A stretch of DNA of 62,658 nucleotides, the filler included, from Chiloscyllium plagiosum (Eukaryota), in the NCBI RefSeq assembly GCF_004010195.1. It is 5 parts of one record of this genome, joined end to end, with 100 filler letters (N's around TTAATTAATTAA, not from the genome) between each part and the next. Parts side by side here need not be neighbours in the genome. Positions count along the whole stretch, not along the records: positions 45,650 to 57,128 come from NC_057712.1; positions 57,229 to 62,658 come from NC_057712.1; 3 more parts are not named here. One strand, 5' to 3'. The notes under the pieces are model-generated. The model did not search any database, was not told where the DNA came from, and saw nothing but the letters and a program-made list of their open reading frames with translations. This document shows positions 54,290-62,658 of the stretch, piece by piece (position 1 is the stretch's first letter; every line of letters begins with the position of its first letter). Position numbers and translations under genes: made by a program.

Positions 54290-55683
54290 ATGGCCTCAAC
54301 AGCTGCCCGCAGCCCTGGGCAGGGGGTTTGAAACACAGTCCGGGTGACTGTGAAGAAGGTAGAGGGTCGTACACTGGTGGATCGCATCCTATTTATTAAG
54401 AAGGTACTGCTGGGATGCTGTGGGTTCGCTGCAGCGGACGTGTACTGCCTGCAGGATTTCCCTGGGGCAGGCTACTTTGATGTGACCTTCAGGAGTGTGA
54501 AGCAGTGCGAACAGCTCCTGAAGGTCTTCAAGAAGAAGGAAAGGGAGCCGCTGTTTTCCATCTTGTCGACAACCCCATTGTGTGTGCTCCCTGCACAGAG
54601 GAATCGGGTTGTTACAATCCATATGTACAACCCCTATGTTCCAGCGGCTGATGTCCTGACCTTCCTGGGAAGGAACGTCCAAGTTGAGGGAGAAGCCACC
54701 GATGTGATCGACCTCTTTAGGCTCTGGACCAGTAAGCGGCAGGTCAGGGTGACTCTGAGGGTCGATGGCAATGGGAACATTCTCCACCCACCCTCGAGCT
54801 TTGCAATTGGAGGGAACAGAGGCTACCTGACATATGCAGGGCAGCCGAAAGTGTGCCGAACCTGCGGGAAGTCGGGACACATGGCGGCGGACTGCAAGGG
54901 GACCATCTGCAGGAACTGCAAACAGGAGGGTCACCTGACTAAGGACTGTCAGGAAGAAAAGAGCTGCAACCTGTGCGGAGAGGTGGGCCACATGTACAAG
55001 ACCTGCCCAAGACGGGAGGGCCCCACTTACGCACAGATGGCTGGAGGTGGCAATGCGAGGCGTGGACCCCCAAAGACCAGTAATGTGCACCCAGACAGCA
55101 GGGAAACAGAGTCTGGTGGCACCCAGAAAGAAGAACAGGCTGGAGTAGAGGAGGTGGCAACCAGCGGAGAGACACAGCAGCTGATCCTAGCTCTAGCTGG
55201 GCAGATGGAAGCAATGGAGGAGAAGGTAATCGAGCAGACAGAGGAGTGGATACCTGGGAGAAACAGCAGAGCTGATACAGACACTGCCTGGGCCACCAGA
55301 ATGCCAGCACAATGGACTCACAACCCAGTTGATTGGTTTAAGGCGGGTGGGGAGAGCGCGGTAGATAAAGAGGAGGGCATTTCCTCCCAACCAGGAAACA
55401 ACGGACCCCCCGAAGTCCACCCTCCACCCAGTGAGACCCAAGGGGTACCCACTGCCCCAAAACTGCAGGCAACTGAGAGCTTGATCCTCTGACAGTCCCA
55501 TTGTCAGACACAGAACTGGACGGTGCGGACCCTTGCCTTGGCTCAATGACTCCAGAGCAGGTAAATGACCACAGTGAAAGCCTGGATAGCTACCTCAGCC
55601 CAGCGAGGCTCCAGCAGTTCGTGCTCACCATGGGGATGCAGACAGCTTCCCCAGAGACAGGACAGTCAAATGGACAACGGTAA
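54290..55683 (+). pseudogene. Tx1/Keno ORF1 (RRM-like + 3 CCHC zinc knuckles)
   Basis: CRTCGKSGHMAADC, CRNCKQEGHLTKDC, CNLCGEVGHMYKTC. In-frame TGA at 54329; probable frameshift before the C-terminal LSPARLQQF segment. Confidence 0.85.
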
Positions 55684-56160
55684 CCCCATACACTGGGATT
55701 AAAAAAGGTTCATTTGCTATAGTATAACAGGACACCCACTTAGTAGGTGGGTCCTGCTGAAGCCACAGCTAAATAATAAGAGACTGGATGGTTAATAAAG
55801 GGAACTGTAAATAGGATAACTGTAAATTCGAGTAATTCAATCTGTTCTTTGTAATGTTAAGACATGCAATGTATATATCTATGAACGACATGACAAATTG
55901 TACAAGTACCAAAGATTTATTTCTATGAATAAAGTATATTTTGAAAGAAAAAAAAAGTAGGGATGCTATGACCCTGTGTTCCAGACACCTTGGCCTGGGG
56001 CTCAGGTATTTACAATGCCATTGCTCTTGTTGGCTGGACACTGAATTGGTGTTAGGTTAAAGCCAGCAAGCATTCATCAATAGCAATTCATCTCAACCAA
56101 CAACCTTCCAAAGCCCAGCTACAACCCAGCGATCTCAAAATCTTCTGATGACTAGCAGCT

Positions 56161-56190
56161 TACACTTTATCTTAGCCAAAACACCAAGAA
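56161..56190 (-). pseudogene. degenerate U2 snRNA 5' fragment (head of the older Keno)
   Basis: TTCTTGGTGTTTTGGCTAAGATAAAGTGTA vs U2 TTCTCGGCCTTTTGGCTAAGATCAAGTGTA (26/30). Confidence 0.75.
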
Positions 56191-56479
56191 ACCAGAAAAC
56201 TAAGCCAAAAACCATTTGTCTTGGGCCCTACCCTCAAGTGCTAAGGTCCTATCCTAGCTGTTCAGACACAAGTTTCACACTTTAGCCCAAGGTATCCAAA
56301 ATCCCCAAATTCTAGGTGTCTTCTGGACCTGACTTCTCCAACAGGGCTCAGGCCCCTATGCTCGTCTCCAGCTCTGCCACCAGCCTTCTAGGTCCTTCCC
56401 CTGGAATGAGGCTCCACTACCTGCTACCTGCCATGGCCCCAGCCTCTTAGCCCCATTCCTGCCCACGTGTACCAAGGCT

Positions 56480-57090
56480 CCACCCTTAGTCCTGGCCTTT
56501 TTTGGCCACTCTTTTGGCCTCCTACCCAACACATGTGGCCCCAGGCCCCACCCCTGTGTTTCAGGGCCTGCCCCATAACCCCAGGCTCCACCCCTGTGTC
56601 CCCAGGCCCCACCCCTGTGTCCCCAAGCCACACCCCCGACTCCCAAGGGCTCACGCCTCGAGTCCCAAGACTGCCACCGTGCCCCAGGCCCTCCCCCATG
56701 TTTTTGGTGCCACCCCCAAAATCCTATGCCACGAATGCACGCCATGCCAATGAGCCCACCACGAGGTACAGGGGTCAACCCTGTGCATAAGGCCCCGCCC
56801 CTGTGTCCCCAGGCCCCATCCCTGTGACCCCACACCGCACCTACTGTGTATTAGGCCCCACCCTGTGTCCCCAGACCCAACCCCCATGTCCTTAGGCCCC
56901 GCCCCCGTGCCCTCAGGCCACACCCCCGTGTCCCCAGGCTCCCGCCCCCGTGTCCCCAGGCCCCGCCCCGTGACCCCAGGCCCCACCCCGTGCCGCCACG
57001 CCCCTCTCCGTGCCCCTAGGTCCCACCCCGTGCCGCCAGGCCCCGCCCCTCGCCCCCAGGTCCCACCCCCTGCCCTCAAGGCCCCGCCCC
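56480..57090. repeat. GC-rich ~21-bp minisatellite (GTGTCCCCAGGCCCCRCCCCY)
   Basis: Tandem CCCAGGCCCC(G/A)CCCC units with several CCCCGCCCC GC boxes. Confidence 0.85.
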
Positions 57091-57228
57091 CATGTTGACG
57101 CGGTTCTGCGGCAGGGGCGGACGGTAGCNNNNNNNNNNNNNNNNNNNNNNNNNNNNNNNNNNNNNNNNNNNNTTAATTAATTAANNNNNNNNNNNNNNNN
57201 NNNNNNNNNNNNNNNNNNNNNNNNNNNN

Positions 57229-57745
57229 CTAGACTACACCTCCTCCCACCCTGCCCCCTGTAAAAACGCCATCCCATATTCCCAATTCCTTCATCTCCGC
57301 TGCATCTGCTCCCACGAGGACCAGTTCCAATACCGTACAACCCAGATGGCCTCCTTCTTCAAAGACCGCAATTTCCCCCCAGACGTGATCGACGATGCTC
57401 TCCACCGCATCTCCTCCACTTCCCCCTCCTCCGCCCTTGAGCCCCACCCTTCCAATCGCCACCAGGACAGAACCCCACTCCACCAACCTCCATATATATC
57501 GTATCATCCGTCGCCATTTCCGCCACCTCCTTCCACCTATCGAATTTCCAAAGCCTCTCCCCCAAGTCCCTCCTCCCTACCTTTTATCTTAGCCTGCTTG
57601 GCACACTTTCCTCATTCCTGAAGAAGGGCTCATGCCCGAAACGTCGATTCTCCTGCTCCTTGGATGCTGCCTGACCTGCTGCGCTTTTCCAGCAACACAT
57701 TTTCAGCTCTGATCTCTAGCATCTGCAATCCTCACTTTTTCCCAT
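57229..57745 (+). mobile_element. PLE RT C-terminal fragment + pseudo-LTR with hammerhead core
   Basis: LDYTSSHPAPCKNAIPYSQFLHLRCICS; CTGAAGA-A-GGGC-TCAT-GCCC-GAAACGTC at 57618-57645. Confidence 0.85.
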
Positions 57746-60700
57746 AAATATCCCATGGTCCTTCTCAAATCACACACCAGCCTTCCCTATCCTCCTCACC
57801 TTGCTGGCCACAATGAAATAATTAGAACATCATCTTGTTGCGTCATGTGCCTGTTTTTTCTTTTCCTTAGATTCTGACCTATTCAAAACATTTTTAAAAA
57901 TTCAAAGGCACATACCATTTAATACCGCTTTATCCAGCATTCAAAATCAGCAGTTTTTAAAATAATCTCAGCTTCAGTTCAAAAGGATTAGTCTGTCACA
58001 TTCCTCACTTATCTAATGTATATCCAAGAATCCTGAATATCTTATTATACTTATAACATTTAAAGTCTATAATACTGCTATAGAGTTGCAGAATTATTCT
58101 CTTGCTCCTGTTCATAATATGGCAAAGTCTTTCTTCCGCACTGACATCACATGAACTGCTCACAACCTTCAATCAAAAACTAGTAGCTTGGCTTATAATG
58201 GTAAATATTTTTATTTCATGTATACCAGCTCATTGCCCCATGTCACTGCTTATCATCAGACTGCCTCAGCAACATCATATCTACATGTTGCTGGTTCAAT
58301 CCACCTTTCACTTCTGATTCTCTCCACCTCTATCTGTTCTTTCCTGTTGATTACCTTTTTTCGCTCTGTCTTGCGAAGTTCCTTGTTTCTTTCTCTATCC
58401 CTTCCCTCTCAATTTTTTTGATGCCTGTTTTCCTTTTTAATCTTTTCTTCCTTCTCTCTTTCACTCGTGTGTCAGGAATGAGGAGCAGGTCAATAGAACT
58501 TGAGGATAGTAGATGGAGTGGGTTCAGATGAAGGTTATGACAGTTTCAGGACAGTGTGTCTTTAAATGGATTCCCACCCTACCTCTCCAGTTTGGGTTTA
58601 TGAAGAGGTGGCATCGGTGCAGCAACTAGCTTCAAAGGAGCCAAAAGATGGGTACAACAGTAAATGCTAAAAATAGAAGGGTTTTACGCCAGAAGGCAAG
58701 TTAATAGGCACTTTCTATTGTAATGATAAAAATTTATAATAGAAGATTTGACCCTAAGCAAAGACATACATAGATTTTATCAATCTTGCACTTAAATTGA
58801 GTTTTTCACAACTTCAGATTGCACTGAAGTGTTTAAATGTAATATTTTACATTAAATGAAAAGAATAAGCAAATGGTTGTAATTAAATTTTAGGTTCAGA
58901 TGATCTTCTTCAACCCCTGTCCTTTTGAGTATTATCTAAATTATAAGATGAAGACAATTTCCCAATTGAGGGCTCCAATTCCCATTGTGAGCTAATTACA
59001 TTTTTGATTGGACTGTTAAGAATTTGAAATTTGTTTCCACAATCTTTATATAATTTTGAGAACATTCACTTTTCGATAAGGATCACAATAAAAGTTGTTT
59101 TTGGGCATCCTCATCAGTAGACCTCTCAAAAATCAACTACATCTGTCAATTGTTTCTCAAGTTAAAAAGATGACTCTTTCTGGGTTTTTTTTTCTTCCAT
59201 CTTGAATTCTACTTTGGGAAAACATTGCAGAGCTGCAAAAGCTGTGAAGTGAAGCCAAGAGATTCATGGAGCAACACTTCAACCAAGAACCACAGGTAAG
59301 GAGGAAATGAGCTGCACGTGGCCCTCAGGCCATGTTGTAAGTACATTATACTTTGCAGCAGACCATGATTTAGAGGCTCCTGTCAAACCCCTGCTGCATT
59401 GCCGCCTGCCTCTGCTGACTGTGTTATGTTCTAGCCTGCAGGAGTACCTTGATTTCATCCAATTTCTAAAAAATACATCTCAGTTTTCATAAACATCTAG
59501 AAAAAAACCTCAGGACTGGTTGGTGCCGACTGGTCGTGTGCCTGTAACTGAATAAGTCGAAGCATCTGTTTATAACAGTTACCAAAGCCTTGGCAGTGCA
59601 GCTGTAAGCTGACTGACTTGTGTAGTTGAATTGTTACATGCAATGAGCACATCCAAATCAAGTCACTAAGTAGTTTGAAACACTTTCCTTATTACTGTAA
59701 TGCACAGAGCTTTCAACTTTTTGCAAAGGCCCCACAGCCTTTGTAATCCTTTACCATGTATTATTGTATTTGACCATGTAGTGGAATCTTATGGTTACTC
59801 AATCAGCAAAACACTTGTTATGCAATAATATATTTATATAAAAACATTTTTCATCAGAGGATTTGCAAAATGTAAAGTATTCTCAAAAAGAAGTGGTGAG
59901 AAAAATTCTTTCTGTAAACTTTCTGTATTATGGGCTGAGAACATAACCTCAGAGATTTTCACTGTACCAAATGCAACTAAGGAACAATAACAAAATCTTG
60001 TATTATATAGCACCTTTAACACTGTGAAACAGTGGAAGGCATTTCACAGGAATATTCACAAACAAAATTTGATACCAGACCACACAGAGAGACGTAAGGA
60101 CTGGCAACCAAAGCACCTTAAAGAGACAACAAATTTAGGAAGATAATTCGTGAATTGGTCAGTCTCAAGCTGCTTAATCATCTGTCCAGTGCAACTGGTG
60201 GCTTTCACAAGTACATGAACACTCTATGAATTGAAATGCATGATTAGTTATTTGTCCTCAATATATACGCAGTAATAATCACAGCTTTGAGATTTCTGGC
60301 TTTCGCTCTGCTCCCAAAGTGTAACAGGGTAAGGATTCTGTCCACCAATTGTCTCCAGCCTTAAACCCATTTTTAATCCCAGAATTGTAACCAAAAGCAT
60401 AAAAAGAACAGGTACCCATGGCTTACACTGTATCTCCTTAAAACCTCCAGTAACAAGAAGGTATTTCCAAACAACACCCCACGGCTTCATAAGGGGAAAA
60501 ATATTCCAATTTAATAATCGCACTTATTTATTTGGAAGGTGAGAAAACTTGGGTTTTGTGTTTCAGAAACATTGTGATCAGGACTACAATTCTACTTGTA
60601 CATAATGCTTGTGAACCCGATACTGCTGAATTATGATGAGGTTCACTTACCATGAGGGGAACTGGAATCTGAACTGATGGGAATTATGATAGGTGACCTC

Positions 60701-60962
60701 AACTCATTCCCATATTTCCTCTCTGATGGAAACTCTAGCGAAAGTTCAAAGTGAGCAAAAGGTGACCCTGCCAGAAACCAAATGTCTCCAGCAGTCATCT
60801 ACATAAAAGTGCCAATGACCTCATGCCAAAGATTTCTGGTGCAATAACTTTAATTTTCTCTGACAGACAGAGAACTTGCCAAAGTAATGTGGGGGCGGAA
60901 TTTTAGTTCCAAGGTCTCAATTTTGATGCCAGGTTAAAGTCAGTTGTGAATGCTCATGCATA

Positions 60963-61305
60963 AGATTAGATTAGATTAGATTAGATTAGATTAGATTAGA
61001 TTAGATTACAGTGTGGAAACAGGCCCTTCGGCCCAACAAGTCCACACCGACCCGCCGAAGCGAAACCCACCCATACCCCTACATTTACCCCTTACCTAAC
61101 ACTATGGGCAATTTAGTATGGCCAATTCACCTGACCCTGCACATCTTTGGACTGTGGGAGGAAACCGGAGCACCCGGAGGAAACCCACGCAGACACGGGG
61201 AGAACGTGCAAACTCCACACAGTCAGTCGCCTGAGGCGGGAATTGAACCCGGGTCTCTGGCGCTGTGAGGCAGCAGTGCTAACCACTGTGCCACCGTGCC
61301 ACCCA
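60963..61305 (-). mobile_element. HE1-type SINE, young, full length
   Basis: (TTAGA)n tail, intact tRNA-like head, CpGs retained. Confidence 0.93.
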
Positions 61306-61338
61306 CAAATAATTAAACAACTCACTGGTGAAGCAGCA

Positions 61339-61636
61339 TGGCGGCACAGTAGCTCAGTGGGTAGCACTGCTGCCTCACAGAACCAGAGACCCGGGTTCAA
61401 TTCCCGCCTCAGGCAACTGTCTGTGAGGAGTTTGCACATTCTCCCCGTGTCTGTGTGGGTTTCTTCTGGGTGCTCCTGTTTCCTCCCAAAGATATGCAGG
61501 TTAAGTGAATTGGCCATGCTTAAAATTGCCCGTGCTGTTAGGTGTAGGGGAATGGGTCTGGGTGGGTTGTTCTTTCGAGGGTTGGTGTGGACTTGTTGGG
61601 CTGAAGGGCCTGTTTCCACACTGTAAGTAATCTAAT
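61339..61636 (+). mobile_element. HE1-type SINE
   Basis: GGCGGCACAGTAGCTCAGTGG head; CTGTAAGTAATCTAA tail. Confidence 0.92.
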
Positions 61637-62189
61637 AAAAAAGAAGCAGGTTGCACCAATATCCCCATCCTTAGTAATGGAAGAGCCACCAGTTTTGGTG
61701 TAATGGAGGAAAGTTTTCTGGAGGAAATCACTGAGAACATCATCTATTTAAAGACAGTGGATTGGTTTCGCAGCCAGGCATGGTCTAGTTAGAGTATCTG
61801 AAACCCATTACAAGAGGTGTGTGCTGCCACTGCATGTATAAAACCACTCCCATCTCAAGGCACACACTGCAAATGTGTAAAGTGCACTAACTGTACTATG
61901 GTCAGAGCTACAATGCCAGTGTGGAGGGAGAATGCCTCCACATTGCTTCTGTGGCTGCAGCCATCACTGCCGATTAGCTCACTCTCGACTAGGCTGGATC
62001 TGCCTCTGGCTCCTGTGGTCTAATACCAGGAGCCTTATATACATCAGTGGAGCCTACACCCATCTAAAATATATGGATTGCCCTTGTAACATACCCTCAA
62101 TTGGTACTTTAATTTACCAGATTGGTTATCATTGATAGGCAGGCAGTTGCCATGACTTCGGCATCGTTATTCCTAAGTCACTGAAAATT

Positions 62190-62575
62190 GGCATGCCTGT
62201 GCAGCAAACAATTATAAAGGCAAATAATATGTTGGCCTTTATCTGAAGAGGTCACACAACACCAGGTTATAGTCCAACAGAATTATTTGAAATTATAAGC
62301 TTTCGGAATGCAGCCCCTTCATCAGTTGAAGCAGCAGCGTTCCAAAAGCTTGTAACTTCAAATAAAACTGTTAGACTATAACCTGGTGTTGCGTGACTTC
62401 TGATTTTGCCCACACCAGTTCAACACCAGTACCTTCACATCCTGTTTATCAGAAGAGGATTTGAGCACAGGAGTAAAGATGTCTTGCTTCAATTGCATAG
62501 AACTTTGGTGAGACCACATTTGGAGTACTCTGAGCAGTTTCAGTCCCCTTACATAAGGTAGGATATACTTTCCAT
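62190..62575 (+). mobile_element. CR1 RT fragment split by a PLE fold-back
   Basis: KANNMLAFI | RRGFEHRSKDVLLQLHRTLVRPHLEY. Confidence 0.75.
62252..62444. mobile_element. PLE fold-back insertion (23355-type family)
   Basis: Arms CAACACCAGGTTATAGTC / GACTATAACCTGGTGTTG. TSD TTTATC(T/A)GAAGAGG at 62238-62251 and 62445-62458. Confidence 0.82.
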
Positions 62576-62658
62576 AGGAGAAAGTGAGGTCTGCAGATGC
62601 TGGAGATCAGAGCTGAAAATGTGTTGCTGGAAAAGCGCAGCAGGTCAGGCAGCATCCA
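62576..62658 (-). mobile_element. PLE pseudo-LTR, cut by the window edge
   Basis: Reverse complement of 57660-57740. Confidence 0.85.

Larger units (their letters stand above)
54103..55956 (+). mobile_element. U2-headed Keno/Tx1-derived element with ORF1 only, 3'UTR and poly(A)
   Basis: U2 head, 5'UTR, ORF1 from ATG 54290 with three CX2CX4HX4C knuckles, no ORF2, AATAAA at 55928-55933, A tail to 55956. Confidence 0.8.
50272..56192 (-). mobile_element. old U2-headed Keno/Tx1 LINE, fragmented by insertions
   Basis: U2-like head 56161-56190; 5'UTR/ORF1 start 55971-56160; ORF1 51290-51907 (VTVKK..PAADVLTFLERY..Zn knuckles); ORF2 C-terminus 50490-50954 (QDYMLRDALKLGAAATKAQWGKTTV*); 3'UTR to ~50272. 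Confidence 0.75.

Noticed and set aside
54344..55492. Domesticated ZCCHC3-like host gene (382-aa ORF)
   Set aside because: In-frame stop near the true start, probable frameshift near the C-terminus, poly(A) tail and nesting within a SINE indicate a transposon copy.
56356..57098. Pro/Gly-rich ORFs on both strands
   Set aside because: Translations of a GC-rich minisatellite that lacks stop codons.
59307..59492. ORF containing SLQEYL, resembling the FRK hinge-region exon end GSLQEYLQ
   Set aside because: It is on the + strand, opposite to FRK, with no flanking kinase motifs; chance match.
61011..61743. Overlapping 80-168 aa ORFs
   Set aside because: SINE sequence translated; the same peptides recur at the other SINE copies.

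Overview
Vertebrate genomic DNA, almost certainly an elasmobranch (shark): HE1-type SINEs and HER1/CR1 LINE tails are abundant. The species cannot be fixed from sequence alone. The only host gene I can support is the 3' end of FRK (fyn-related kinase): three minus-strand kinase-domain exons at 44574-44755, 40821-40986 and 40219-40433 with phase-compatible GT-AG junctions. The upstream exons were not found. The rest is mostly degenerate transposons: CR1 LINEs (one near full length), L2/CR1-group and Tx1 LINE pieces, a truncated Gypsy LTR element, a Tc1/mariner-like MITE, several SINEs and many Penelope-like (PLE) fragments. Highlights: (1) fold-back PLE insertions from several families, with 12-14 bp target duplications and minimal hammerhead-ribozyme cores that covary between families; (2) a U2-snRNA-headed Keno/Tx1 element encoding only ORF1, fused head-to-head to an inverted ORF2 piece and nested in a SINE inside an older U2-headed element; (3) a GC-box minisatellite gaining CpG toward a gap. 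Six assembly gaps are present, four with an artificial TTAATTAATTAA linker. Repeat boundaries were set by eye and are approximate unless a target duplication is quoted; family names come from motif recognition, not database searches.
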